Shown one piece after another: positions 1 to 7,502 of a stretch of DNA of 64,000 bases. The translations under genes were made by a program, and so were the position numbers. A model generated the notes under the pieces. That model made no database searches, was not told the DNA's origin, and was given only the letters and a program-made list of their open reading frames with translations. How positions within the stretch are numbered: position 1 is the first letter of the stretch; every line of letters starts with the position of its first letter. The DNA is from a phage, in NCBI GenBank assembly GCA_032691205.1, contig GCA_032691205.1_4541.1. One strand, 5' to 3'.

Positions 1-27
1 ATTAGTTAGGCTTTTTGTGATTTTCAT
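1..27 (-). CDS. hypothetical protein (5' end only; gene runs off the left edge)
   Basis: Minus-strand ATG at 25-27 just downstream of repeat unit 1 (49-104); weak RBS. Confidence 0.25.
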
Positions 28-48
28 GATTTTTCTCTCTTCTTGTGA

Positions 49-104
49 GCGGCACCATTGCCGCCCTACAAGATACATATTACCAGACTAAGCCGACTTG
101 TCAA
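49..104 (-). promoter_or_regulatory. early promoter + 5'-UTR hairpin unit 1
   Basis: Minus strand reads TTGACA-16nt-TAATAT, then hairpin GCGGCA-CCAT-TGCCGC (49-64), then RBS and ATG. Confidence 0.6.
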
Positions 105-216
105 ACTATTTTTTCTTTTTCTTTGCTTCCAACCGTCTAAGGTTACGGCTTGACTTATTGCGCAAGGCGCTTAGATCGTCGTACCCTTTCCATGCTTGCA
201 TATCTTTCGGATTCAT
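88..216 (-). CDS. hypothetical small basic protein (42 aa)
   Basis: Hand-translated minus ORF MNPKDMQAWKGYDD...; RBS AAGGGG before ATG at 216. Confidence 0.3.
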
Positions 217-225
217 GTTATCCCC

Positions 226-387
226 TTACTTGTTAGCCGGATTATATGCCAGGACCGCGCCGCTTGCTTTCACGCTTTCCGCTTCATAGTTGCGCAGATC
301 GTTTTCTGTAAGGTTGAGCGCGATCACTTCCTCGATCTCAACGTCAGCGGCAAGGGCGATCTCTTTGATAATGTCTGTTGTTTTCAT
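226..387 (-). CDS. hypothetical protein (53 aa)
   Basis: Hand-translated minus ORF MKTTDIIKEIALAADVEIEE...; below the 60-aa cutoff of the ORF track. Confidence 0.35.
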   Translation of the reverse strand: MKTTDIIKEIALAADVEIEEVIALNLTENDLRNYEAESVKASGAVLAYNPANK

Positions 388-397
388 AGTACGCACC

Positions 398-517
398 TTA
401 TAAGATGATTGATAAGATAGTGATAACGAAAGCGATTATACTGATGGCAAATGTCATCTTTTTACCTTCGGATACTGCCGGATTCTCTACCGTGTATTCT
501 ACTGTGTACTTGCTCAT
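398..517 (-). CDS. hypothetical small hydrophobic protein (39 aa)
   Basis: Minus ATG at 517 with RBS GAGAGGA, directly downstream of unit 2; hydrophobic C-terminus. Confidence 0.35.
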   Translation of the reverse strand: MSKYTVEYTVENPAVSEGKKMTFAISIIAFVITILSIIL

Positions 518-540
518 CGTGTAATCCTCTCGTTTGCTTT

Positions 541-596
541 GGGAACTATTCCCGCCGCCCTATGAATTAAATATACACTATCTCAAAATGATTGCA
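541..596 (-). promoter_or_regulatory. early promoter + 5'-UTR hairpin unit 2
   Basis: Hairpin GGGAA-CTA-TTCCC (541-553); minus-strand -10 TATATT and -35 TTGCAA. Confidence 0.5.
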
Positions 597-613
597 AGCC
601 TTTTTCTAAATTT

Positions 614-898
614 TTATGCAGTAAACAAACCATCATTTACAACGGCGGCGATGATCTCCCGCGCCATTGATTCAGGGAAAGGGGCGCTATAGTCCTGGCT
701 TGTCTCATCGGTATCAGTGATCCAATGATAAGCTAACGAGTAAAAGCCTTTACTAACTGTTTTCAGTGAGATGACGATCACTCGGTCAAGCTTATTGGTG
801 AATGTTGCCGTTAATGTGTTACCCTCCTGCGTCATGTTGGACAAGTAAGCGGGATCATTAATCAGGGAAAACATTAGCACGGTGTTAGCTTTACTCAT
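614..898 (-). CDS. hypothetical protein
   Basis: Track ORF 614..928 trimmed to the internal ATG at 898, which has RBS GAGGA and sits downstream of hairpin 3. Confidence 0.6.
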   Translation of the reverse strand: MSKANTVLMFSLINDPAYLSNMTQEGNTLTATFTNKLDRVIVISLKTVSKGFYSLAYHWITDTDETSQDYSAPFPESMAREIIAAVVNDGLFTA

Positions 899-918
899 GA
901 TTGCATCCTCAAAGGGGC

Positions 919-973
919 GCGGCACCATTGCCGCCCTACACGATAACTATAACACAATGTAAAACAGGATCAA
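919..973 (-). promoter_or_regulatory. early promoter + 5'-UTR hairpin unit 3
   Basis: Minus strand TTGATC-16nt-TATAGT, hairpin GCGGCA-CCAT-TGCCGC (919-934). Confidence 0.6.
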
Positions 974-1176
974 CCTTTATTTTTCCACGGTGTCAGCTTG
1001 TTAATCATTGGTGATAAATAGCGTTTACCAACGTAAAACAGCACGCCAACTGATGCAACGGCGGCGATCTCATGCATAGCCGACGGGAAACGGGTATCAT
1101 AATAAGATCCAATAATAGCAATAGCGGCAACGGCTGCAACGTCGATAATGATTTTTTCTTGTTTTGCGGTGATCAT
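970..1176 (-). CDS. hypothetical small membrane protein
   Basis: Track ORF trimmed to ATG at 1176 (RBS AAAAAGG) downstream of hairpin 4; hydrophobic segment IIIDVAAVAAIAIIG. Confidence 0.55.
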   Translation of the reverse strand: MITAKQEKIIIDVAAVAAIAIIGSYYDTRFPSAMHEIAAVASVGVLFYVGKRYLSPMINKLTPWKNKG

Positions 1177-1198
1177 AATATTTACCTTTTTGTATGGT

Positions 1199-1256
1199 GG
1201 GGGAACTATTCCCCGCCTGATGTAATACAGTTTAACAGGTCCGGTTATGGTGTCAA
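1199..1256 (-). promoter_or_regulatory. early promoter + 5'-UTR hairpin unit 4
   Basis: Minus strand TTGACA-16nt-TAAACT, hairpin GGGGAA-CTA-TTCCCC. Confidence 0.6.
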
Positions 1257-1262
1257 CCACTT

Positions 1263-1448
1263 TTAAAGATATTTTATACTGATAACGTTTTCCGGTTTAA
1301 CCTTGTTGTGATGTGCATCAACATAGATCAAACCATCGTCAGAAAAGCCCAGGATCACGCCCTGCGCAATAAAACCGTATTCGTCACGGTAACGCACGGC
1401 TATTTTTAACGTTGCGTTGTAGGCTGTTTTAAGCTCGCTTAAAGTCAT
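1263..1448 (-). CDS. hypothetical protein
   Basis: ORF 61 aa with RBS GAGGATAA before ATG at 1448. Confidence 0.5.
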   Translation of the reverse strand: MTLSELKTAYNATLKIAVRYRDEYGFIAQGVILGFSDDGLIYVDAHHNKVKPENVISIKYL

Positions 1449-1465
1449 CTTTGTTTATCCTCTAC

Positions 1466-1495
1466 ATGTAAAAAGAAAGGGCGCTTGGTGCGCCC
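1466..1495 (-). terminator. rho-independent terminator
   Basis: Hairpin GGGCGC-TTGGT-GCGCCC followed on the minus strand by TTTCTTTTT, directly after the stop of 1505..1651. Confidence 0.55.
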
Positions 1496-1504
1496 CTTAT
1501 TATG

Positions 1505-1651
1505 TTAATCCTCTAAATCCATCCAATTATATTTGTCACTCTTCCCGCGCTTTGTTTTATTGCGCTTGTCGCCTTTGCGGATCACTTCCTCGTTCCAGGC
1601 CTTGCGGATCTTGGAAGATTGAATTTTTTCTGCGCGATTAGATGTATTCAT
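1505..1651 (-). CDS. hypothetical small basic protein (48 aa)
   Basis: Hand-translated MNTSNRAEKIQSSKIRKAWNEEVIRKGDKRNK...; RBS GAGGAAA; between unit 5 and the terminator. Confidence 0.45.
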   Translation of the reverse strand: MNTSNRAEKIQSSKIRKAWNEEVIRKGDKRNKTKRGKSDKYNWMDLED

Positions 1652-1671
1652 TTTGTTTCCTCTTCATATGA

Positions 1672-1724
1672 GCGGCACCATTGCCGCTATATTGTTAATT
1701 TAAGCTGTTTTGTAAAATTGTCAA
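1672..1724 (-). promoter_or_regulatory. early promoter + 5'-UTR hairpin unit 5
   Basis: Minus strand TTGACA-16nt-TAAATT, hairpin GCGGCA-CCAT-TGCCGC. Confidence 0.6.
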
Positions 1725-1730
1725 GGTTTA

Positions 1731-2084
1731 TCATTCATAAGAGCAAGCAAGGATCACGCCTGCAATATAAAGCCAATAATTTTCCCTTTCTCGTTGGATT
1801 TTATCATCGCTGCTATTCTCTTTAATGTATCCCCAGGATGTTAACAAGCGATCAATTTCCCAATATTCGAAAGCGATATTGATATCTGATGGCAAACCTT
1901 GTAACCATGATGCAAGTGCTTTAACAATACTATAATTAAAACGTGATTGGTTATCAGGGTACCAGTACTCGGAATTAAAACGGCGCATCAATTCCGCGAT
2001 CTTCTCTTTTTCGGTTGTAATACCGTAATCATTAAAATCGATAGCGGCAAGTATGTACTCTTTAATTGCATTTTGTGCTTTCAT
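1731..2084 (-). CDS. hypothetical protein
   Basis: ORF 117 aa downstream of unit 6. Confidence 0.65.
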   Translation of the reverse strand: MKAQNAIKEYILAAIDFNDYGITTEKEKIAELMRRFNSEYWYPDNQSRFNYSIVKALASWLQGLPSDINIAFEYWEIDRLLTSWGYIKENSSDDKIQRERENYWLYIAGVILACSYE

Positions 2085-2103
2085 GGTCTTTCTCTCTTTT
2101 TGA

Positions 2104-2160
2104 GCGGGAACTATTCCCGCCCTACGTGTAACAGTTTACTAAAAATTAAATCGGTGTCAA
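2104..2160 (-). promoter_or_regulatory. early promoter + 5'-UTR hairpin unit 6
   Basis: Minus strand TTGACA-16nt-TAAACT, hairpin GCGGGAA-CTA-TTCCCGC. Confidence 0.6.
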
Positions 2161-2163
2161 GCT

Positions 2164-2385
2164 TTATTTTGTTACTACCATTTGGTACCCTGTTTCAATG
2201 TTAGTAAATACTGTTATTCCGTCCTGGCGTTCACTCATTAGCATACAAGGCGCTAACATCCTTTCTACTGCCTTGCACTCATTGTAAACGGCGGTTATGT
2301 CTCCTGCGGCCTTGTCTTCTGTGGTGAATGTATCGTTTACGTAAACCTGACCAGCGACAACGGCGACAATAGCGAAAGTGATCAT
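2164..2385 (-). CDS. hypothetical protein
   Basis: ORF 73 aa (MITFAIVAVVAG...). Confidence 0.6.
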   Translation of the reverse strand: MITFAIVAVVAGQVYVNDTFTTEDKAAGDITAVYNECKAVERMLAPCMLMSERQDGITVFTNIETGYQMVVTK

Positions 2386-2418
2386 GATGTTTCCTTGTTA
2401 GTAGTGGTTTCTCTTCTC

Positions 2419-2456
2419 TATAGCGCCCATTATAAGGCGCTATAACGAAAAGTCAA
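2419..2456 (-). promoter_or_regulatory. variant promoter with a palindrome over the -10
   Basis: Minus strand TTGACT-16nt-TATAAT; the -10 lies in the loop of a 9-bp palindrome TATAGCGCC/GGCGCTATA. Confidence 0.45.
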
Positions 2457-2459
2457 CGA

Positions 2460-2627
2460 TTATTTTTTAAGGCTTAAAGTACCTAACTTGTCAGCATGAC
2501 GCAGACCAGGGAAGATCCATTTTCCTGATTCATCTTTTACAGGGGCTTTAAGCGTAGCGCCCAGGTTGGCGGCGTTAACTTTACGGGCAACGTTGCGAGC
2601 GGCTTCACGGGTAGTAAAAGTGATCAT
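2460..2627 (-). CDS. hypothetical protein (55 aa)
   Basis: Hand-translated MITFTTREAARNVARKVNAANLG...; downstream of unit 7. Confidence 0.45.
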   Translation of the reverse strand: MITFTTREAARNVARKVNAANLGATLKAPVKDESGKWIFPGLRHADKLGTLSLKK

Positions 2628-2650
2628 GATGTTTTCCTCTTCTCTTTGTT

Positions 2651-2713
2651 AGGCGGTGGACCATTCCGCCGCCTTGATGTAATACAGTTTACTTTATTTT
2701 TGCAGTATTGCAA
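2651..2713 (-). promoter_or_regulatory. early promoter + 5'-UTR hairpin unit 7
   Basis: Minus strand TTGCAA-16nt-TAAACT; 10-bp hairpin AGGCGGTGGA-CCAT-TCCGCCGCCT with one G.U pair. Confidence 0.6.
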
Positions 2714-2718
2714 GCGTT

Positions 2719-2931
2719 TTATGAAATAATCGTCAAAGTAAAATTGTAATCACCTGATTGGTACAATACTTTATCACCGAACGTTCCAACACGTTTAACA
2801 TTGCAATATATACCCATAACACTTTTTACATCTTTGATATTCTTCACGCCTGTAATATCTTTATTAAAATGATCGTGATCAGAAAATAAAACTTGACTTG
2901 CATTTTTTAACAGTGTGCGGATATTAGCCAT
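2719..2931 (-). CDS. hypothetical protein
   Basis: ORF 70 aa downstream of unit 8. Confidence 0.6.
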   Translation of the reverse strand: MANIRTLLKNASQVLFSDHDHFNKDITGVKNIKDVKSVMGIYCNVKRVGTFGDKVLYQSGDYNFTLTIIS

Positions 2932-2956
2932 CGTGATAATCTCTCTTCTGTTGTGA

Positions 2957-3012
2957 GCGGCACTATTGCCGCCCTACGTAATACAGTTTACTCTTTTTCT
3001 TTCCCGTGTCAA
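2957..3012 (-). promoter_or_regulatory. early promoter + 5'-UTR hairpin unit 8
   Basis: Minus strand TTGACA-16nt-TAAACT, hairpin GCGGCA-CTAT-TGCCGC. Confidence 0.6.
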
Positions 3013-3021
3013 CAATCTTTT

Positions 3022-3249
3022 TCAGATTAATTCATCCAGGCATAACAGGCGATCAACGTTGAGATCGGTCAGGCTGATGGTTGGCACCTGGTAGGATTCG
3101 ATGTACTCGACGCTTGCATATTCCCCAAAATTAGCAATAGCCCACTTATTCAAGATCTCACATACATCATTAATCTTTTTGTTTGTTACAACTGCAATAA
3201 CCTGGGAAGTGCCAACGGTGCCGGATACGCGAACAATATTGATAGCCAT
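3022..3249 (-). CDS. hypothetical protein
   Basis: ORF 75 aa downstream of unit 9. Confidence 0.6.
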   Translation of the reverse strand: MAINIVRVSGTVGTSQVIAVVTNKKINDVCEILNKWAIANFGEYASVEYIESYQVPTISLTDLNVDRLLCLDELI

Positions 3250-3271
3250 AATCTTTAATCTCTCTGTTGTT

Positions 3272-3331
3272 GGCGGGAAACCACTTCCCGCCCTATGTGA
3301 TACATCTTACACTAATTTTAAACGTTGTCAA
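3272..3331 (-). promoter_or_regulatory. early promoter + 5'-UTR hairpin unit 9
   Basis: Minus strand TTGACA-16nt-TAAGAT, hairpin GGCGGGAA-ACCAC-TTCCCGCC. Confidence 0.6.
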
Positions 3332-3340
3332 CTGTTTTTA

Positions 3341-3580
3341 TTACATTCCAACCATCGCGGCGCGGATCGCAGTTTTACTATACTTAAAGCCGTCTGGCGT
3401 TGTAGTGATTCCATCCTGTTTCAAACGGTAGCACATTAAATCAGCCGCCTGATCTTTATTACCGCACTCATTGATCAATCCCAATGCAAACCGATACAAT
3501 CCCTCATCGTTATTAATCCACAGGCTTACATTCCAATGAGTTTTGTTTTTGTGACCGTTGTACATTTTAGATTTAGCCAT
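3341..3580 (-). CDS. hypothetical protein
   Basis: ORF 79 aa downstream of unit 10. Confidence 0.6.
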   Translation of the reverse strand: MAKSKMYNGHKNKTHWNVSLWINNDEGLYRFALGLINECGNKDQAADLMCYRLKQDGITTTPDGFKYSKTAIRAAMVGM

Positions 3581-3603
3581 GATTTTTCTCTCTTTTTCAG
3601 TGA

Positions 3604-3662
3604 GGCGGGAAGTGTTCCCGCTCTCTATGTAATACAGTTTACTCTTTTTATTCGTGCTGTCA
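3604..3662 (-). promoter_or_regulatory. early promoter + 5'-UTR hairpin unit 10
   Basis: Minus strand TTGACA-16nt-TAAACT, hairpin GCGGGAA-GTG-TTCCCGC. Confidence 0.6.
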
Positions 3663-3669
3663 ATGCTTT

Positions 3670-4023
3670 TTATAAATCTTTTTTACGTTTTACATCGCTT
3701 GCATGACTGTATACAGCGATCCCATTATCACGACAAAAACGGGTAAGGTATGATCCGCGTGAAAACTCTTTCCCTTCCAGGTCAACAACCTTGCTAAATT
3801 CTTCCAGGGCAACGGTATCAAAATGATCACCATAACCATATTGAAACGGCACGTTAACAACTTCAATCAATTTACCGCCGATCTCAACGTCCACGCTTAA
3901 AGAAAAATATGTGTTACCGTAGGACTGTTGAAACCAGCGACGGGCGCTAATGTGAACGGCTTCAATCTCACCAATTTTAAATTGAGTGTTACCCAGGATC
4001 GCAACGTTGATATTTTTAGCCAT
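3670..4023 (-). CDS. hypothetical protein
   Basis: ORF 117 aa downstream of unit 11. Confidence 0.65.
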   Translation of the reverse strand: MAKNINVAILGNTQFKIGEIEAVHISARRWFQQSYGNTYFSLSVDVEIGGKLIEVVNVPFQYGYGDHFDTVALEEFSKVVDLEGKEFSRGSYLTRFCRDNGIAVYSHASDVKRKKDL

Positions 4024-4048
4024 GATTTTTTCTCTCTTTTTGGTTAGT

Positions 4049-4100
4049 GGGAAGTGTTCCCGATAAAAGTTATTATGCTTATACTATCGTTTTTTGTCAA
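4049..4100 (-). promoter_or_regulatory. early promoter + 5'-UTR hairpin unit 11
   Basis: Minus strand TTGACA-17nt-CATAAT, hairpin GGGAA-GTG-TTCCC. Confidence 0.55.
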
Positions 4101-4119
4101 TAGTATAAGACTAAAACTT

Positions 4120-4299
4120 TTAACGATAATCGTCGTAGGCTTTATTAACCTGGCGAATATAACATTCGAAAGCGAGATCAATAGAATCATATTCCCGCAC
4201 ATAATCCCCGTAAGAAACTACATACACACCTTTTTGATCCTCAAACGTCATGATGATAGAATCCAGGCCGATGATTTCAGTTTTAGCGATGATAGTCAT
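4120..4299 (-). CDS. hypothetical protein (about 59 aa)
   Basis: Hand-translated MTIIAKTEIIGLDSIIMTFEDQKG...; downstream of unit 12. Confidence 0.45.
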   Translation of the reverse strand: MTIIAKTEIIGLDSIIMTFEDQKGVYVVSYGDYVREYDSIDLAFECYIRQVNKAYDDYR

Positions 4300-4320
4300 A
4301 ATAATAACCTTTTTATTGTT

Positions 4321-4377
4321 GGCGGCACCATTGCCGCCCTACGTGATAAACTATACCAGAATTTTAAACAGTGTCAA
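4321..4377 (-). promoter_or_regulatory. early promoter + 5'-UTR hairpin unit 12
   Basis: Minus strand TTGACA-16nt-TATAGT, hairpin GGCGGCA-CCAT-TGCCGCC. Confidence 0.6.
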
Positions 4378-4387
4378 ACGTTTTTTC

Positions 4388-4633
4388 TTAGTTTGCGAAA
4401 TATGGCGCGGCGGCTGATGCCGTTAATCTCCAAGTGATTTGGCTATCGATCAAGTATTCTTCATTCTTGATCCGCACGGTATCAATCGAGAAGTTACTGA
4501 AAGGCTTGCTCTTGATTTTACGAACAACCGTTACACGACGGTTATTTTTCATCTCTTTTAACTGAATCCAGGCGTAACCTTTTTCATTGACAAATATTTC
4601 ATTGTGATTGGTGATAGATGATAAGTGTTTCAT
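4388..4633 (-). CDS. hypothetical protein
   Basis: ORF 81 aa downstream of unit 13. Confidence 0.6.
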   Translation of the reverse strand: MKHLSSITNHNEIFVNEKGYAWIQLKEMKNNRRVTVVRKIKSKPFSNFSIDTVRIKNEEYLIDSQITWRLTASAAAPYFAN

Positions 4634-4656
4634 GATTTGTTTCTCTTCTGTTTTGA

Positions 4657-4716
4657 GCGGTGGACCATTCCGCCGCCCTATGTGTTACATCTTACTACTT
4701 TTTTAAACATTGTCAA
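4657..4716 (-). promoter_or_regulatory. early promoter + 5'-UTR hairpin unit 13
   Basis: Minus strand TTGACA-16nt-TAAGAT, hairpin GCGGTGGA-CCAT-TCCGCCGC. Confidence 0.6.
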
Positions 4717-4724
4717 GGATATTT

Positions 4725-5006
4725 TTAACTATATGATCCACATCGTTCGCAGTAGTGATCATCGTCGTCATCTGCTACCTGGCTGATAAAATGATCTACC
4801 TTTGCTTTCAAATTATTATAATTGCTTTCTACTTCCTGTAGTCGTCGTTGGTAGTATTCCAGGGCTTGCACATAGGCCATTTGTTCGGTTTTAGCTTGCA
4901 CAGCTAAATTCATGCCGCGCGTTTCATCGTATAACCAATAACCATCATTACATTCACTAATAGATAGTGTAGGGCTTAGTTTTTCGTGACGGATAACCTT
5001 GCTCAT
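4725..5006 (-). CDS. hypothetical protein
   Basis: ORF 93 aa. Confidence 0.6.
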   Translation of the reverse strand: MSKVIRHEKLSPTLSISECNDGYWLYDETRGMNLAVQAKTEQMAYVQALEYYQRRLQEVESNYNNLKAKVDHFISQVADDDDDHYCERCGSYS

Positions 5007-5016
5007 GGTGTGCCCC

Positions 5017-5124
5017 TTACTTCAAAATGATTGTTGTGATAACTGCTACGGTGATCCAAAATGGAACGGCTAGAATGATAGCGTTAATCGTTCCAACCGT
5101 CAAACTATTTCCTTTATTAATCAT
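5017..5124 (-). CDS. hypothetical small membrane peptide (about 35 aa)
   Basis: Hand-translated MINKGNSLTVGTINAIILAVPFWITVAVITTIILK; RBS AAGAGG; downstream of unit 14. Confidence 0.35.
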   Translation of the reverse strand: MINKGNSLTVGTINAIILAVPFWITVAVITTIILK

Positions 5125-5153
5125 TGTAAGCCTCTTGCATAATTTCACTATGA

Positions 5154-5210
5154 GCGGCACCATTGCCGCCCTACGTGGTAAATATTATGCCAGTGGCGGC
5201 GATATGTCAA
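5154..5210 (-). promoter_or_regulatory. early promoter + 5'-UTR hairpin unit 14
   Basis: Minus strand TTGACA-17nt-TAATAT, hairpin GCGGCA-CCAT-TGCCGC. Confidence 0.6.
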
Positions 5211-5773
5211 AGACTATTTTCAAAGTTTTCTAGTGCGATCCTTTTTTCTTCCTCTGTCGGCTGATAATCAGGAAAAGCATCAACACACAACAACGGCGGG
5301 ATCTCTTCGTACTCTTCCTCTTCCGTTGTCTCCTCGTCTTCCTCCTGGGCTATGGCTGCAATTTTGGCTAATTTTCTTTCAGCTTGAATCAATTTACCAT
5401 CAAGTACGTTTTTTGCCATGTTGTAAGCGGTCCAGGTGATGCGCTTACTTTCCAGGGCCTGATCGAGCGCCGCTATCTTGCTGGGGTATTCATCCAGGAC
5501 ACGAAAAGCCGGATCAACTTTGTACAAAGGATTATCTTTCGCGCCGTCGCTCGCATCTTCCGCACTGGATAAATCAGCGTTACCATTTGCCAGCCAGCCA
5601 GGGCGCACATAACGCGCTTTTACGTTGCCGTTACTACGTGCTAATCTGTTACCTATTTGCTCACCGCTATATCCCGTGGATTCATCGATAAGATGATCGG
5701 GAATGATGCGCGGATCATCTGCTTCATGTTTTACCCAAGACTGGATCACATATTCGCGGCCCATATTAACCAC
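5207..5773 (-). CDS. hypothetical protein with acidic C-terminal tract
   Basis: ORF 188 aa; EEDEETTEEEEYEE tract. Confidence 0.65.
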   Translation of the reverse strand: MVNMGREYVIQSWVKHEADDPRIIPDHLIDESTGYSGEQIGNRLARSNGNVKARYVRPGWLANGNADLSSAEDASDGAKDNPLYKVDPAFRVLDEYPSKIAALDQALESKRITWTAYNMAKNVLDGKLIQAERKLAKIAAIAQEEDEETTEEEEYEEIPPLLCVDAFPDYQPTEEEKRIALENFENSL

Positions 5774-6023
5774 CTTTTTTCAACAATTGGCATACTTTAA
5801 AAAGACTTGCTGAATCCTTGCAAGGGTAGAAAGATGTACGATAATCACGTACGCCAACCTTGCGGATCTCGATGTTCTCGCATGTTGTTTGATCAAAGAT
5901 ATTTATTTCATCACGCCCCCTTATATAAACATAGTGGGGATGTATTAACGCATATTTTGCTAATCTGTAAAAAGCGTTATCTTTGAACGCGATCACGTGA
6001 CCTTTTAATTTGATGTAAAACAT
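5766..6023 (-). CDS. hypothetical protein
   Basis: ORF 85 aa downstream of unit 15. Confidence 0.6.
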   Translation of the reverse strand: MFYIKLKGHVIAFKDNAFYRLAKYALIHPHYVYIRGRDEINIFDQTTCENIEIRKVGVRDYRTSFYPCKDSASLFKVCQLLKKGG

Positions 6024-6041
6024 TCTACCACCTTACAAATA

Positions 6042-6096
6042 GCGGGAACTATTCCCGCTTTATGTAACATATTAACAAATTATTCGTTAATGTCAA
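6042..6096 (-). promoter_or_regulatory. early promoter + 5'-UTR hairpin unit 15
   Basis: Minus strand TTGACA-16nt-TAATAT, hairpin GCGGGAA-CTA-TTCCCGC. Confidence 0.6.
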
Positions 6097-6099
6097 GCC

Positions 6100-6372
6100 T
6101 TAAAGCAAAAACGCTACATCTTGCGCTTTTAGTGTAGTATCAACCATTTTCGGGCTTTTATAATCAACAAAGCGCGCGGTTTTTTCAATAGCGAAACCGA
6201 GATAATCTTGCTTGTTGAAATTACATTCTTTCTTAAATGTTTCCCGTGCAATGGCAATCGCTGCGTCCAGGGATAAACGCCCGTCAATATTGATATTAGC
6301 GAAAGATCCGCCACCGCTCATAGGTTTACCAGTTGTGCCAGCTACGATCATTGTTGCGCTATATGATGCCAT
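6100..6372 (-). CDS. hypothetical protein
   Basis: ORF 90 aa downstream of unit 16. Confidence 0.6.
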   Translation of the reverse strand: MASYSATMIVAGTTGKPMSGGGSFANINIDGRLSLDAAIAIARETFKKECNFNKQDYLGFAIEKTARFVDYKSPKMVDTTLKAQDVAFLL

Positions 6373-6397
6373 GATGATAATCTCTCTTCTGTTACGA

Positions 6398-6456
6398 GCG
6401 GGAAACCACTTCCCGCCCTATGTGATACATCTTATCAGGTTGTTGTTTGTTGTCAA
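6398..6456 (-). promoter_or_regulatory. early promoter + 5'-UTR hairpin unit 16
   Basis: Minus strand TTGACA-16nt-TAAGAT, hairpin GCGGGAA-ACCAC-TTCCCGC. Confidence 0.6.
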
Positions 6457-6462
6457 TACTTT

Positions 6463-6660
6463 TTATTCTATCCCTGCAATTTGATTAACGCGCTTGCATT
6501 TTGTAGCGTGCTGGTCTTCTGTAATGACTCCCATTTCTAACAGGGAATCAATGAAAGATAAAACCGTTTCATGATCATCCTGGGGATGACTGAACTCAGT
6601 AAAACCGTTTACTATTACGTTGATTTGTCCAGCTTTCGCCACAATGTGCAATGTTGCCAT
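6463..6660 (-). CDS. hypothetical protein
   Basis: Track ORF 6463..6750 trimmed to the ATG at 6660 downstream of hairpin 17. Confidence 0.55.
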   Translation of the reverse strand: MATLHIVAKAGQINVIVNGFTEFSHPQDDHETVLSFIDSLLEMGVITEDQHATKCKRVNQIAGIE

Positions 6661-6681
6661 GATCTTAACTCCAAATAGTGA

Positions 6682-6738
6682 GCGGCACCATTGCCGCGCT
6701 ACGTGGTAAATATTATGCCGCCACCTGGCGAACGTCAA
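6682..6738 (-). promoter_or_regulatory. early promoter + 5'-UTR hairpin unit 17
   Basis: Minus strand TTGACG-17nt-TAATAT, hairpin GCGGCA-CCAT-TGCCGC. Confidence 0.6.
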
Positions 6739-6847
6739 CCACTTTTTCAATCTTTTTTATTTTCTTTTTGCTTGCTATATATAAAGGAAAGGGTTATCAT
6801 CTTTCTACCGCGCCAACCAGGGCGCACAACAAAGAAAGGGCGACACC

Positions 6848-7114
6848 ATGACAAATACTACATTACATCTTATGCACTCATTGGGCTGGCAAGGCGGCAC
6901 GGTGCACCAGGTAGCAAGCGCAACGGGCTTAAAGGTTGAAACCGTTCTCAACCTATCAGATTATAAGGTCGAGGATAGTTATCAATTACAAAGTTACACG
7001 GGCGGTTTTACCTGGGCGCGTGAAGGTGGGAAAGAAAGCAATATACCACATTGGGGAAAAGGTGATATTCATTTTTGGCTAGGTGTCCTGACCTGGCAAG
7101 AAAACAAAAAATAA
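6848..7114 (+). CDS. hypothetical protein
   Basis: ORF 88 aa on the plus strand with RBS GAAAGGG; first rightward ORF after the leftward array. Confidence 0.4.
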   Translation: MTNTTLHLMHSLGWQGGTVHQVASATGLKVETVLNLSDYKVEDSYQLQSYTGGFTWAREGGKESNIPHWGKGDIHFWLGVLTWQENKK

Positions 7115-7116
7115 TC

Positions 7117-7145
7117 TTGACAAGCCCAGGGATAGGGCTTATACT
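7117..7145 (+). promoter_or_regulatory. sigma70-like promoter firing into the ORF-free region
   Basis: TTGACA (7117-7122), 17 nt, TATACT (7140-7145). Confidence 0.5.
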
Positions 7146-7376
7146 GTTTTACATACAGAAGAGGAAGCGCCACCCCACGGCGTAAAGGCGGGGCTAACAT
7201 ACCAGGGGCACTGGTTGGAAGGTTGATCGCCGGTAGGCTGGGCGCTATATATTTGTAAAGAAATGTAAAGATAAAATAATCGCTTGCTTTCCTGGCTGGA
7301 TCTGTTATTCTTATTACATGGCGAGGGGACACGGGAGCGCGAGACAAACACCGCCCCTGCGCGTCATTCTCTAAAT

Positions 7377-7395
7377 GAGAATGATTATCATTTAC
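7377..7395. promoter_or_regulatory. Fur-box-like palindrome
   Basis: GAGAATGATTATCATTTAC matches 15 of 19 positions of the Fur consensus GATAATGATAATCATTATC; related palindromes at 7365-7383, 7435-7453, 7463-7483. Confidence 0.3.
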
Positions 7396-7502
7396 CTTAT
7401 CAAATAAGAATAAATCTCATTTATAAACTTAAATGCGAATCATTATCATTTGCATTTCCATATGAGAACTCTTCTCATTCTCACCTGCATAAAAATTTTT
7501 GT

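Noticed and set aside
49-6738. CRISPR array interpretation of the repeated hairpin units
   Set aside because: Spacing is irregular (about 250-600 bp), every interval holds a gene, and each repeat is fused to a sigma70 promoter; stems vary with compensation instead of being identical
98-6939. Plus-strand ORFs in the leftward early array (98..289, 196..408, 1072..1266, 1619..1825, 1947..2204, 3101..3439, 4054..4437, 5027..5233, 5233..5439, 5384..5572, 6212..6484, 6691..6939)
   Set aside because: They are antisense to genes that have promoter, hairpin, RBS and ATG in the right order on the minus strand, and several run across the hairpin/promoter repeats
7150-7260. Possible tRNA in the GC-rich segment
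   Set aside because: It contains a T-loop-like GGTTGATCG, but no 7-bp acceptor stem or consistent cloverleaf could be drawn; left as an unexplained structured segment
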